A stretch of 64,000 nucleotides of DNA from Desulfatiglandales bacterium (GTDB taxonomy: Bacteria > Desulfobacterota > DSM-4660 > Desulfatiglandales > Desulfatiglandaceae), in NCBI GenBank assembly GCA_963662465.1, contig OY759599.1, positions 4,736,001 through 4,800,000 of the forward strand. Direction: 5' to 3'. The notes beneath the pieces were generated by a model. That model saw only the letters and a program-made list of their open reading frames with translations. It had not been told where the DNA came from and searched no databases. Below, piece after piece: positions 49,573 to 59,889 of the stretch. Position numbers and translations under genes: made by a program. Numbering within the stretch: the first letter of the stretch is position 1; every line of letters starts with the position of its first letter.

Positions 49573-49835
49573 TCAGTCAAGATGACAATCTGTTTCTTTT
49601 GCTATCTTCTCACCTCTTTTTACTGCGTAGCTCACCGCCGCAAGCGTCATGTCAAGTCTTTTTGACAAATCTGACATTGGAATCCCAAGCTCAATGGCAC
49701 ACCAATAACAGAGTAAATCCCTGGCCCGGACCCTTCCTTTTGCCTTCCTCTTGCGATTATGTAATCCTTTTCCAGATCGAATACTGAAGAAACCCTCTCA
49801 GCAACCTTTTCAAAATCAAAGCCACGGCTTTTCAC
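49573..49835 (-). pseudogene. C-terminal HTH remnant of a RAYT/Y1-type transposase-like protein
   Basis: KSRGFDFEKVAERVSSVF..RGRQK, frameshift, then VRARDLLCYWCAIELGIPMSDLSKRLDMTLAAVSYAVKRGEKIA. Confidence 0.6.
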
Positions 49836-50910
49836 GTCCCTCCGACCCTCTAAAAATTAATGACTTCTGAAGAAGAAAGCCTATTATAAATAAACTCAAG
49901 TCAACAATGATCTTGATAAAAGTTACATTCCATCCATAAGCAATTGTAATGTTATTTACTGTAAATGCCGAAATTGTTGCGATTGCAGTTGCTAATACAA
50001 TATAATAAACAAATTCCTTAACAATTGTATCTTTTTTATGGGATCGAAATACTACAAATTTATTAAAGATAAAGTTTAGTGATCCAGAGAATATTCTGGC
50101 CAAATAAGTGCTGGATATTATATCTGATGAATAATAATATAATAAAACAAATCCTACAATATCAATTAAAAAAGAAGCAATTGATATAAATACAAACCTC
50201 AAAAATACGATATAAATCATCATGGAATCTATGACAGGCCTGAAATGTGACGATTTATTATTATTTATATAAATTGTTTTTATTGGAATTTGAACGATTT
50301 CGAGGTCCATAATTTTCGCTAACAATAGACATTCAAGTTCAAATGCATATCCATTTGATGATATTTTAAGTGCTTCTCTCAAAAAATTAAAAGGTATACT
50401 ACGTAATCCAGTCTGAGTATCGTCTAAACTAACCTTATTGGTTAGTTTTAGAATAATTTTCGTGAGCTCATTGCCAAATTTACTTCGTAGAGGTATTGAT
50501 CCTGAGAAATCTCTAACACCAAGAACTAAGCTTTTGTCGAAATCATTACTTGCATATGCAATTTTGATGACATCTTCCACTCTATGCTGCCCATCGGCAT
50601 CAAGAGTAATAATCGTTTTTGTTTTATGTGATAGATTCTCAAAAACATATTGAAAACCGCTTTTAAGAGCTGCCCCTTTCCCCAAATTTTTTTTATGGTG
50701 CAATATACAAGTTTCTTTTATCTCACGGATTTTAGTAAAGATGTCAGAATATTTTTGAGCGGAACCATCGTTTATAACGACAATACTATTAAATCCTTGA
50801 ACCGACAAGCGGCTCACTAACTCTACTATACAGTCCTCTGGGTTGTAGGCTGGTATTATAAGAGTTATATTATCAAAAAAAAATTTTCGCCCAAAATTTT
50901 GATTTATCAT
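49816..50910 (-). CDS. Bifunctional GT2 (GtrB-like) / GtrA flippase, AT-rich
   Basis: IIPAYNP, NLGKGAALK, DADGQH, DTQTGLR; C-terminal 4-TM segment NFIFNKFVVF. Confidence 0.88.
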   Translation of the reverse strand: MINQNFGRKFFFDNITLIIPAYNPEDCIVELVSRLSVQGFNSIVVINDGSAQKYSDIFTKIREIKETCILHHKKNLGKGAALKSGFQYVFENLSHKTKTIITLDADGQHRVEDVIKIAYASNDFDKSLVLGVRDFSGSIPLRSKFGNELTKIILKLTNKVSLDDTQTGLRSIPFNFLREALKISSNGYAFELECLLLAKIMDLEIVQIPIKTIYINNNKSSHFRPVIDSMMIYIVFLRFVFISIASFLIDIVGFVLLYYYSSDIISSTYLARIFSGSLNFIFNKFVVFRSHKKDTIVKEFVYYIVLATAIATISAFTVNNITIAYGWNVTFIKIIVDLSLFIIGFLLQKSLIFRGSEGREKPWL

Positions 50911-50911
50911 T

Positions 50912-52789
50912 TTATGGTTGGCATTGTGACAACAAATTTTCATCTTTTGTTAATCGATAAACAATAAATCCAAACTCATTTTGAGGGCCTGCGACCTTTT
51001 CAAATAGATATGGACACTCTTTCTCTGCTAATTCATATAAAATATCAGACCCTGAACCATAACCAAGTTGGTTTGCATAAAAGAGATAATCAGGTCGATA
51101 TTTTTTAATCTCATACAGAACACTTTTTATTGTATATTTTTGACTAGCTTCAGAAACAATTCCTTTAAAAAATGTTTCATGGTCAGTCATTGACGTATTT
51201 TGTGCAGGTAATACTATATTGTTTTCATTTAAAGTAATTCCAGTTAAATTTGACGTATAATTGGGTCTAACAATATTATTATGCCCAAAAAAAATACCAT
51301 AAATGCTACTACTAGGTATCCATAATATAATGTCGGGATTTTTATATAACGTCTTATATACAAATTCTGAATCTTTACCAAAGAATTTACTTATTGTGTT
51401 TTTACCTCCTACATATAAATCAATTCCATCTTCAATGCATTGTATAGAATTATTAATTTTGAATGCAGAATCGATCGAAACTATTAAGAAAATCGCAGAA
51501 ATGAAAAATATTTTTCTCTTTTTAAATAAACTTCCAATCCGACCCTTAATTCTATAGTCTTCTAAAAATGGTAAACTATAATTAGTTGCAGAAAGTAATA
51601 GGGCTGCTAAGGACACAACATGAATTCCAAGTCTTATACTATATGAACCAAATAAAAACCAAGCGAATAAAGAAGGTACTAATAACAAGAAAAAAATATC
51701 CCAATTTATTTTAGATCTATAAATGCTTATAAAGCTAGCTACTAACAGTATGAAAATCATAGGTTTTTGAATAAAAAAACGATTTATTGAGAATATTAAT
51801 TGTGGACTTAAATTCCTTCCATGTTGTGAAGCGCTGATTACACCATGATTATTATAAAATCCGCTTCCGTCTCCAAGTACCCATAATAAACCAGCTATGA
51901 AAAATATAACTGCAGCAGCAATCGTGATTGATGGTATTTTTTTTCGTGACACAAATACAATAGATGGAAATGTAATGATTATCCATATTAATGCAGGCTG
52001 TTTTGTATATGCCGCCACAATTCCACACACTACTGAAATCCAAAGCAGAGCGGTCTTTTTTGGATCATTTTTATATTCAAGAAATAAGAATACCGATACG
52101 GTCAAAGCTGCGGCCATCATTGTATCAGGTAATCCGCGGTCAAAATAATGATTAATTCCAGTACAAAAGACCAAAACAGGTGCTAAAATAAAATACCGAA
52201 TAGCATTTGTATAACTTGCTTCCTTAGGAGCAATACCAATAACAGTTAACAAACTGAAGGGAAAAATTACGAATAGTGCTTTTATAGGTAATTGAAGTTC
52301 TATACTTCCTAATATCTTGTAGCAATAGGCTATTAGGATTGAGAAGAGTTGTGGATAAGGTGATTGATTATAGTAAAAATCTATAATTTCCCCATTGAAA
52401 TGTTGCACGGCCCACATATTCCAACTATATATTTCATCATCAGTATTAAATGAACGACTACCAAGATTAAAAAAATAACTAATCAAAAGTAGTAAGTTAT
52501 ATACTATAATAAGTTGATGATGTTTTGGCCAGTCAAATTTTGATAAAGATAAATTATATTTAACTCTATATAAAGATATAATAATAAAGACGATGGAAAT
52601 AACTATAACAACAGTCTGTGAAAAAGCTCCTATTCTCACAAGAAATATTTTAATCAAAAAAATAATAAATATACTTATAAATGGAACTGCAAAAACCGTT
52701 CGGGTCGAAAGAATAATCCTGGGATAAATTGCTAAGGCCGGGCTAATATAAACGAATAGGAGGAGAATAATTAGGTAAAATAAATACAT
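50912..52789 (-). CDS. Polytopic membrane protein, probable GT-C glycosyltransferase, AT-rich
   Basis: More than 10 TM segments, DDE in the first loop, YPQL, TKQPA; coupled to the GT2/GtrA gene. Confidence 0.65.
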   Translation of the reverse strand: MYLFYLIILLLFVYISPALAIYPRIILSTRTVFAVPFISIFIIFLIKIFLVRIGAFSQTVVIVISIVFIIISLYRVKYNLSLSKFDWPKHHQLIIVYNLLLLISYFFNLGSRSFNTDDEIYSWNMWAVQHFNGEIIDFYYNQSPYPQLFSILIAYCYKILGSIELQLPIKALFVIFPFSLLTVIGIAPKEASYTNAIRYFILAPVLVFCTGINHYFDRGLPDTMMAAALTVSVFLFLEYKNDPKKTALLWISVVCGIVAAYTKQPALIWIIITFPSIVFVSRKKIPSITIAAAVIFFIAGLLWVLGDGSGFYNNHGVISASQHGRNLSPQLIFSINRFFIQKPMIFILLVASFISIYRSKINWDIFFLLLVPSLFAWFLFGSYSIRLGIHVVSLAALLLSATNYSLPFLEDYRIKGRIGSLFKKRKIFFISAIFLIVSIDSAFKINNSIQCIEDGIDLYVGGKNTISKFFGKDSEFVYKTLYKNPDIILWIPSSSIYGIFFGHNNIVRPNYTSNLTGITLNENNIVLPAQNTSMTDHETFFKGIVSEASQKYTIKSVLYEIKKYRPDYLFYANQLGYGSGSDILYELAEKECPYLFEKVAGPQNEFGFIVYRLTKDENLLSQCQP

Positions 52790-52862
52790 AAAATCGGCCC
52801 TTGATATCCTACACTCCACACCTTTCGAGCGACATTTTTTGAAAAAAAATACATATCAAAAG

Positions 52863-53024
52863 GGGAGCATCCGGAGTTTCTGACAAAGTGATTTCTCAAA
52901 GGGAAAACACAACCCTATAAATTGAATATTCGCTGATTTTGCTTCTGAAAAATGGCCGTTCCTTGCAATCATAAAGATCATATGCCACTTCTTACGATAT
53001 CTGTCAGAAACAGCGTATGCTCCC
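52863..53024. mobile_element. 162-bp MITE-like element
   Basis: 23-bp IRs gggagcatccggagtttctgaca / tgtcagaaacagcgtatgctccc (20/23); no target duplication seen. Confidence 0.65.
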
Positions 53025-53627
53025 GTTATTTATAGTTTATGGTTTTCATTTTTGCTAGGACAAAATCGAAGGACATAAAATAGAAAATATACTAGCCCTT
53101 AAATTTTGCCCTCTTATGGTAAAAAGGGATCGTTATCGTTTGATGGGTTTGATGGTTTGATTGGGAGGGGATGAAATTGATCATTCAGTCGCTATAAGGT
53201 TTCCACTTGCCTCAAAGTCAAGGTAAATGGTGGTAATACAAAACCCTTTTTTCAGAATGAGCTCGTATCCCAACATCGTCTTTGGTTATGGTACGTTGGA
53301 GATATTGCCGGTCTTATGTCATCCAAAAAACTGTCAATTCCATGCATCTCTCGACCCTCAGTTCGTCCCTTCCAATGATGATATCACAGTCCTTCCATGA
53401 TCTGACCTTTAACAGCAATCAGCAACCATTGTATTCCGGAGATTTCTTCGTATGCAAAATAATTTGGGTGGGAAGTCAATTCAAGGTTTATATCGGTAAT
53501 CCAACATCAGAGGGTTCTCCCAAATACCGGAAAACCTCGATTATCTTCACTGATTTTTCAAGTATAAAACTGTCATACAGAACAGGATTTTCGTACAGGC
53601 CTCATTCCTCCAGAACTGACATTCCTC

Positions 53628-53888
53628 TCAATTCAAACCAGCCTTGCGCAGGGCGCTGATAAAGCGTACCTTGTTTGCCCCCTGAAAAGTATAATAACCG
53701 TTCTTAGTGATATCCTTCAGGGTGATTTTGGGATTTATTTTAAGAACCTCTGCGGCCTGAATACGAGCATCCTCCTCACGACCTGCCATACTATAAGCTG
53801 CGGAAACCAATGTGCCATACACAAATTCAGGCCAGAGACTGATCACTTTTTTAAATGCTGCGATACCCTTGTCATTTTTGGCTGCCAT
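53628..53888 (-). pseudogene. C-terminal TPR fragment of an adenylate-cyclase/TolB-like TPR protein
   Basis: AAYSMAGREEDARIQAAEVLKINPK..ALRKAGL; N-terminal domains absent. Confidence 0.6.
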
Positions 53889-54876
53889 GTTCTCTACGCT
53901 GTAAGTCGCGCAAGGCGCGGTAGCCGATACGGATTACTCCCTGAGAATCCAGAATCTTCCGGATCTCTTCATCTGAAGTGAAAAGACGGTACTCTTTAGC
54001 TCGATCCTTCCACCACTGGCCCATTATATGCTTTGTCTCCTCACTGGGCTGGCTGGCGTGAATGTAAAGCTCAGTAACACCTGGTCTTAGATTGTGGAGC
54101 ACCCGCTTCCAGTACCCTGAGTCGGTTTCCCCCTCCTTTCGCCCCCCGTGAATAAGATGATCAGGGAAGAGAATTCCATCCACCTCAAGCTTGGTCCGCT
54201 GGTCGCCCCAGCCGTGGGCCTCTAGCCAATCTTGCGACGCCATTCGGACGGGAAGGTCGAAGGCCACGGCCAACCGGTGATAAACTTCGAAATATCTCGG
54301 ATCGAGTTGCAGAGTTCCCATATGCGAATCTAAATGCGTCACATCTATGCCGACGGTCAAAGCCTTTCCGATCTGTGCCCGTGCTTCAATCTCAACTTGT
54401 CTCGGTGAGGCGTGAGCGTAAACCTCCTCTATCTTCGACCATAGATACCCCTGACTATCGATCAAGCCGGGAACTAAATCCCTTTCGGCCGTAGTAGCCC
54501 AGCGGTATCCTTTCCATTCGCTCGTGTGCGTAAGATGGACCCCAAAATCTGCTCTCGGATGCGCCTTTGCATATATCGCAATCTCTGGGAACCAGGGGCA
54601 AGGAACCATTATCGAGGCGCTGGTCATCAGTCCGTTTTCAAAAGCGTCAATTGTTGCTGCGTTGGCCGCGTGACACATACCAGCATCATCGCCATTGATA
54701 ATCAACAGCCGGTCCGTCGCCTTATATCCTAGTCGCTCAGCAAGCGAAGGCTGCTTTCCAATCGCAAGGTTATTTTCCGGTCTCAGAATTACCATCGACA
54801 CCACACACAACACGACAGCAATCCATTGGATTATAACCACCCTTCTGTTGTTTAATCTTCTCTTTAAAATTCGCAT
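53872..54876 (-). CDS. ChbG/YdjC-family carbohydrate deacetylase with N-terminal anchor
   Basis: LIINGDDAG, SASIMVPCPW, GVHLT, THLDSHMG, GVTELYIH. Confidence 0.88.
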   Translation of the reverse strand: MRILKRRLNNRRVVIIQWIAVVLCVVSMVILRPENNLAIGKQPSLAERLGYKATDRLLIINGDDAGMCHAANAATIDAFENGLMTSASIMVPCPWFPEIAIYAKAHPRADFGVHLTHTSEWKGYRWATTAERDLVPGLIDSQGYLWSKIEEVYAHASPRQVEIEARAQIGKALTVGIDVTHLDSHMGTLQLDPRYFEVYHRLAVAFDLPVRMASQDWLEAHGWGDQRTKLEVDGILFPDHLIHGGRKEGETDSGYWKRVLHNLRPGVTELYIHASQPSEETKHIMGQWWKDRAKEYRLFTSDEEIRKILDSQGVIRIGYRALRDLQRREHGSQK

Positions 54877-55685
54877 AGTTCAAATGATCGATTGTAATAG
54901 TAGAACGAACAAGATTGTATGGGAAGCGAACGGAGTATCACAAAGAAATCATGCCGACGAAACGTTGCGATAGGCCTTATATATCAAATATCTAACCAAT
55001 AATCCTGAAATTTTTTTCTTACCCTCAAAGTCAACCATCTCTTGTCCGGATCTCGTCAGCTTACCATAATCAAAGAAATTGAATTTTTTAATCCCATTTT
55101 TCATTTTTTTAAAAGACACCTATCCAGTTTTGTCAAAATCACCATTTCTATCCTCTATCTGGCCTCAAAGCTTTAAAATTGGCATTATTATGCCTAAATA
55201 CGAATAATTGAAATATATCAGCTAATAGATATATTTTCCAAGAATACAATTAACGCCCTATCTCTCTAAATTTGTTCTGAGAATGTATGATTATCTGATC
55301 CGGCTATTAAGATCAGTTTTATTTAATCTTTTTATTGGTAACAAATTCAGGCTGAACGATTCTTATGCCAATTGAGTTGAAATGTTCTTTTCATGGTTCA
55401 TTACTAAAACGGTTGCTCAATCTGGGAGATAATTTTGGCATATTTTCAAAATCAATTAGGATTTGCTGATAAACCTACTCCAACATCGGATAATCGGTCA
55501 AGAACATAATAATCTCACACAAATAGAGCCAATAAAACAACACAAGCAAAAAGCCTCCGACAATCACTGTACCATACACCTTTGTCATATCAGGTCACAA
55601 GCAAACAACTTTTTCACATTTTCAACGTTTTTTTGTACTCCTTTTGATACGCATTGAAATTGAATAACGATCAAATATTACCGTT

Positions 55686-56705
55686 TCAGAGGGCTTTTGT
55701 AAATACAGAAAGAAGCCTGTCCACCACATCCGAAGTTTGAAATCGACCCGCTTCAATCAGCCCCAACGCTGAAAGGGTGCGTTGCCGATCCACGTCTGTC
55801 AAAAGACATGAAACCCTTTCCGCAAGGGAAAAAATATTCGAACATTGGAAATACTCCGCAGCGGACCTTGCGATGTACCTATGACCGGGAGTATCTGAAA
55901 GGACAGCGGGAAGGCCTGATGAAAGCGCTTCCAATGCCGGAAGGCCGAAACCTTCTTCGGGATGAGAAGGACCGATAAAAAGATCGGCCTGCTGATAAAT
56001 TCGAGACATCTGTTCTGTTGTAATATGGGCGAAATAATTATCAGCCATGAAAAGAGCCTCTTCTTCCGGGGACGGAGGATTTGGCGATACCCGGGTTAAA
56101 CGAAATGTCGCTCCGGATCTCCTGATTCTATCTAGTGCCAACAGTGCTTCTCGAATGCCTTTAACATCGGCTTCAAAAATACCCACCAGGAGAATGGTGG
56201 GCGCAGCTCGTCCGAGGCATCTTTTTTCGGGGGCTGAAAATTCTGAACGGTCAAAGGTTTGTCCGATGTAAGTAACAGGCGCGTAGCCCAGAGTTTGTAG
56301 ACGTTCGGCAATGTGTGGAGACACCGAAAGTTTGTGAGTAGGTTTGGCATAGGCGGCTTCAATTTTCCTTTTAATGGGACGGTAAAAGGAAAAATCCGCC
56401 TCATAACCCTGACAAAGGTGAAAAACAGCGCCTTTATAATTATGCACAGCAAAAGATACAGTACTCCAGAATGTAGCCACACGAATATCTGCTGTTTGAA
56501 GAGCCTTTGAAAATTGAAATGGAGACGCTTCCCAACGAGCTGCATGAAGGACACTCCAGTCCGGCTGAGGTTCGGGGCAAACCACTGACACGGAGTGCCC
56601 CCTTTTTGCCAGTTCTTCCGCCTGCTGGCAAATAACACGCAACCCTCCTGAAAGGGTGTTGGAAGCTGCAAGGTAAGCAATGTGCATCTTTTCCGGTGTA
56701 ACCAT
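55686..56705 (-). CDS. GT4 glycosyltransferase
   Basis: SGGLRVI, ATFWST, HLCQGYE, EGFGLPALEA; start uncertain (up to 56792). Confidence 0.88.
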   Translation of the reverse strand: MVTPEKMHIAYLAASNTLSGGLRVICQQAEELAKRGHSVSVVCPEPQPDWSVLHAARWEASPFQFSKALQTADIRVATFWSTVSFAVHNYKGAVFHLCQGYEADFSFYRPIKRKIEAAYAKPTHKLSVSPHIAERLQTLGYAPVTYIGQTFDRSEFSAPEKRCLGRAAPTILLVGIFEADVKGIREALLALDRIRRSGATFRLTRVSPNPPSPEEEALFMADNYFAHITTEQMSRIYQQADLFIGPSHPEEGFGLPALEALSSGLPAVLSDTPGHRYIARSAAEYFQCSNIFSLAERVSCLLTDVDRQRTLSALGLIEAGRFQTSDVVDRLLSVFTKAL

Positions 56706-56770
56706 TTTTTCCCTTTTCGCGAAAGCGCATATCGTTTTCATAAGCAACCAGACCCGCACAAAAAAATCCC

Positions 56771-58426
56771 TTATTTTTTTGTTTGCATCCAATCCCCGGC
56801 CCTGGCCGATTTCGAAACAGCAAAGACCACAATGTCAACATCTTCATAAATGGGATTGCCAAAAAGTCTTTTAAAACTTTTTGCATTCCGGCCTTTTGAG
56901 GGATCGGCGGGCAGGACAATATTGACTTCATCCTGAAGATTTTTGTGGAAAACCAAAAAATCGACGCCCAGGACTCGAAAATCCTCGATAGACCCGACGG
57001 TTTTCAGTCTGATGCCCTGATCAGATTCGAACATGTGTTCTCCGGTTATCCCCATAATGACTCTTTGTCCATGTACTTCCTGATAGAGCAGGAGATGGCT
57101 TGCCTGCCAGGAAAAAGGCGCTTCAACGATAACCATGCTACCGTTTGATTGGAGGGCAAGACACTTGTAGAAATCTGGAACACGTTTAAGTATCCACTGG
57201 TATTTTTGGCCGGCAAGGGCATGGACCAACAGCATAAGACTCGTTCCGTTATTGGGCCGATAGCTCACCGCTAAAAGGGGCCCACCCCATAAAAAAGCGG
57301 CACAAACAGAGATCGGAATTACAACCCTGGCCCATTTTCCAGGCACACGGGGAAATTTTAATGAGGCCGCATGGGTCCCTTTTGAAACTACGAGCAACAA
57401 GCAGGGCAGCGCCGGCAGCAGATACCTCGCAAGGATGTGGGGGGAATCGATGCCGATCGGCTGAACCAGGAAAATCGTGGACATCTGCAACAGGGAGAGC
57501 GTCATAAAAAGAAGGGTAAAAACAAGTGAATCAACCAACATCCTGTTAATACCAAAAAGGGCCAAGAGGGCTATTAATACCACAATGGCCCCTTGGTCCA
57601 TGCCCGTAAGAATTCGAAATGCAACCGCAAGTTGAGGAAACCCAAAGGTTGCCTGGCCTGCTTTTGTTGAGATGGCGCCAAAATCACCGTAGATGGGTGG
57701 GGCCAACAGGATCAAAAGGGGAACAATGACGACAGTACCCAAACCAGCAAGCCGCAAAAGGGCATGGACCGCATTTTTGCGTTTTCCGGCAATAGTCAAA
57801 ACAAAGAAGAAAAGGAATGGACCCAGAACAAACGGTAAATCCACCAGAAGGGCATAGCCCGTTGCAATCGTCGATATGGCATACAATATTGCGTCTTGTT
57901 TTTTGTTTTGCTCCCACCATCTGAAGAAAAAGATACCCGAAAGGAAGGCAAAACATGTTGTCAGTGCGTAGGGTCTTGCGAAACGGCTATAGAAAATCAG
58001 GGTGGGCGACAGCGCCAAAAACCATGCAAAAATATTTGAGACGCTTCGTCCGACCATTGGACGAATCATTATGGGCAGGATTAATACGGTGAGGGTCCCT
58101 CCAATAAAAAATGGCGTTCTGATGCCTATTTCAGAAAGGCCCACAGTATCCATGAGGATCTTGTAGTAGAGGGTTATGGGAATCGAGCGATCCGCGGCTC
58201 CAAAACTGCATATAATTTCGAAGTACCCGGCGTTTGCGGCTGCATGAATAGCATGCCATTCATCTCCAAACAGAATTTGCTTCGGTAATTGGTACAGGCG
58301 CAATGATGCACCGAAAATAATGGCGCAGAAAAGCAGCGACTCTCGCTTTAATAAATCTGTAAACCGAGGGAACAGGCCATGAATATGCGGGGATTGCAGA
58401 GATGAAGGCATGTATGATTGAAGCAC
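56771..58426 (-). CDS. GT-C fold glycosyltransferase (PMT/GT39-like)
   Basis: LRLY..GDE, YSRFARPY, RYLLPALP, about 11 TM segments, soluble C-terminal domain. Confidence 0.8.
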   Translation of the reverse strand: MLQSYMPSSLQSPHIHGLFPRFTDLLKRESLLFCAIIFGASLRLYQLPKQILFGDEWHAIHAAANAGYFEIICSFGAADRSIPITLYYKILMDTVGLSEIGIRTPFFIGGTLTVLILPIMIRPMVGRSVSNIFAWFLALSPTLIFYSRFARPYALTTCFAFLSGIFFFRWWEQNKKQDAILYAISTIATGYALLVDLPFVLGPFLFFFVLTIAGKRKNAVHALLRLAGLGTVVIVPLLILLAPPIYGDFGAISTKAGQATFGFPQLAVAFRILTGMDQGAIVVLIALLALFGINRMLVDSLVFTLLFMTLSLLQMSTIFLVQPIGIDSPHILARYLLPALPCLLLVVSKGTHAASLKFPRVPGKWARVVIPISVCAAFLWGGPLLAVSYRPNNGTSLMLLVHALAGQKYQWILKRVPDFYKCLALQSNGSMVIVEAPFSWQASHLLLYQEVHGQRVIMGITGEHMFESDQGIRLKTVGSIEDFRVLGVDFLVFHKNLQDEVNIVLPADPSKGRNAKSFKRLFGNPIYEDVDIVVFAVSKSARAGDWMQTKK

Positions 58427-58552
58427 AAAGAGGCCTTAAACGCCGTATGACAAACGTACAGGCCTCTTACTTAACCACAGAGAGTAGCTTTTTTGGACAT
58501 CAATCGCCCGCACTCTTTTGAATGGGGCGATTGATTGACGATGACCTAAAAA

Positions 58553-59620
58553 TCAGGGAACGATAAAACTTTCAAGGATTGCATCCCAGTTGGCTGACGT
58601 GCCGGAGGATGGTTTTGCGTTGGTTATGGAAAAAGCGTATAGTTGTCGGCCTGATTCCGGATCCGGAATGTCGCGAATGGAAACCCATCCGTTGGTATCG
58701 CCTGCTACATTAATGATATTAACCACCTTGTCGAGCCGGATCATATCATCCACCACGGTGCTCCCCTCTTCGTCGAATTGCTTGTAAGTATAGGTAGAAT
58801 CACAGGCGTGTGTATCGCAATAAATCGAAGGTCCACCCACAAAGTTGGTATCCCAGGCAAAGAGAATAATTCGAGTGCTGGCGTTAAAAGAAGGACTCAG
58901 AAACACCCTGGAATCCACTTTTGCGATAACCGGATTGTCAGGGCAAGGGCCGGCGCCGCCGGAGGCTAAAATCCCAGCACACGCCCTGGCAGCGGCGTCA
59001 ATTGATTCCTGTTCATCGGCTGCGGAAGTCCCATAAAAATTGCTGAGGAACCCATCAACGCCGGGGCCCACCCAGTTTATGGGAATCATGTCAAGGCTGT
59101 TCGATGATCCCTGGGCCAACCGTACATAATAGATGAAGCCTTCGAGAGAGTTGTTGGTAGATCCCGTGGCAAAAGGGTAACCGCTTTCGGTCGGATTTTT
59201 AGTGGTTTCAGCTGTCACCACGTCAAGAGTCACGAACCCACGATAGAAATCACCATCCGTCAATGCGGTTTTCACCGCTGAAGTAGCGCCGTCAATCAGG
59301 GTCCTCATGGATACCGACCATGTTGCAGACCCGTTCAGATCCTCATCGTTGAAAAGGTCCACGGCATTGCCGTTGATATCCCACACGTGATAATGGATCA
59401 TCCGCTGTGATGCCATAACATTGGTTACGGCTAAGAGCGTGTCAATGGGGTCCTGTGCAGAATTGATACCCACTTCAAAAAAAGGGACAATCAACGTCGC
59501 CGCCGGCGTTTTATCGGGTGTACCCGGGATACCGGCAAAAGAAGATGGGGCGGCCGCAAAAGTTAGACCGGTTGCAAAAAATACCAAAAGAAAAATTGCC
59601 AAACAAGTTATCTTTTTCAT
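58553..59620 (-). CDS. Uncharacterised exported protein (candidate surface/S-layer-type protein)
   Basis: Signal peptide ending TFA; strong RBS; Ser/Thr/Asp/Gly-rich and acidic; PAATLIVPFFEV motif; downstream hairpin near 58500-58535. Confidence 0.75.
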   Translation of the reverse strand: MKKITCLAIFLLVFFATGLTFAAAPSSFAGIPGTPDKTPAATLIVPFFEVGINSAQDPIDTLLAVTNVMASQRMIHYHVWDINGNAVDLFNDEDLNGSATWSVSMRTLIDGATSAVKTALTDGDFYRGFVTLDVVTAETTKNPTESGYPFATGSTNNSLEGFIYYVRLAQGSSNSLDMIPINWVGPGVDGFLSNFYGTSAADEQESIDAAARACAGILASGGAGPCPDNPVIAKVDSRVFLSPSFNASTRIILFAWDTNFVGGPSIYCDTHACDSTYTYKQFDEEGSTVVDDMIRLDKVVNIINVAGDTNGWVSIRDIPDPESGRQLYAFSITNAKPSSGTSANWDAILESFIVP

Positions 59621-59796
59621 TTTTTTCCTCCCTTTCTACTGTAAATTGACGTTCGTTAAAAAAAACCAATTCAATTTATACAGCTAAGAAATTTCTAATG
59701 GAAAGTCAATAGAATTTTTTTCCGGCAATTAAAAGATCTTGGCCAAAAATCTGCTGCCGAAATGCGGTTTATCACTCACCCAACAGAAAATGCACG

Positions 59797-59825
59797 TTGA
59801 CAGGCGTCTCGCAGAGCTTTATATT
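59797..59825 (+). promoter_or_regulatory. Sigma70 promoter
   Basis: TTGACA-N17-TATATT upstream of ATG 59890. Confidence 0.6.
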
Positions 59826-59889
59826 TTTCGCGAAAGGTCGCTTTTTTAAAAAATTCAGAAGTTCTTTTGCTGATTGTGAGAATTCTATA

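Noticed and set aside
53030..53627. ORF 53282-53659 and surrounding sequence
   Set aside because: No RBS or recognisable motifs; multiple stops on the minus strand; probably decayed DNA.
54880..55680. AT-rich stretch with broken reading frames
   Set aside because: May be a degenerate gene, but no family is recognisable.
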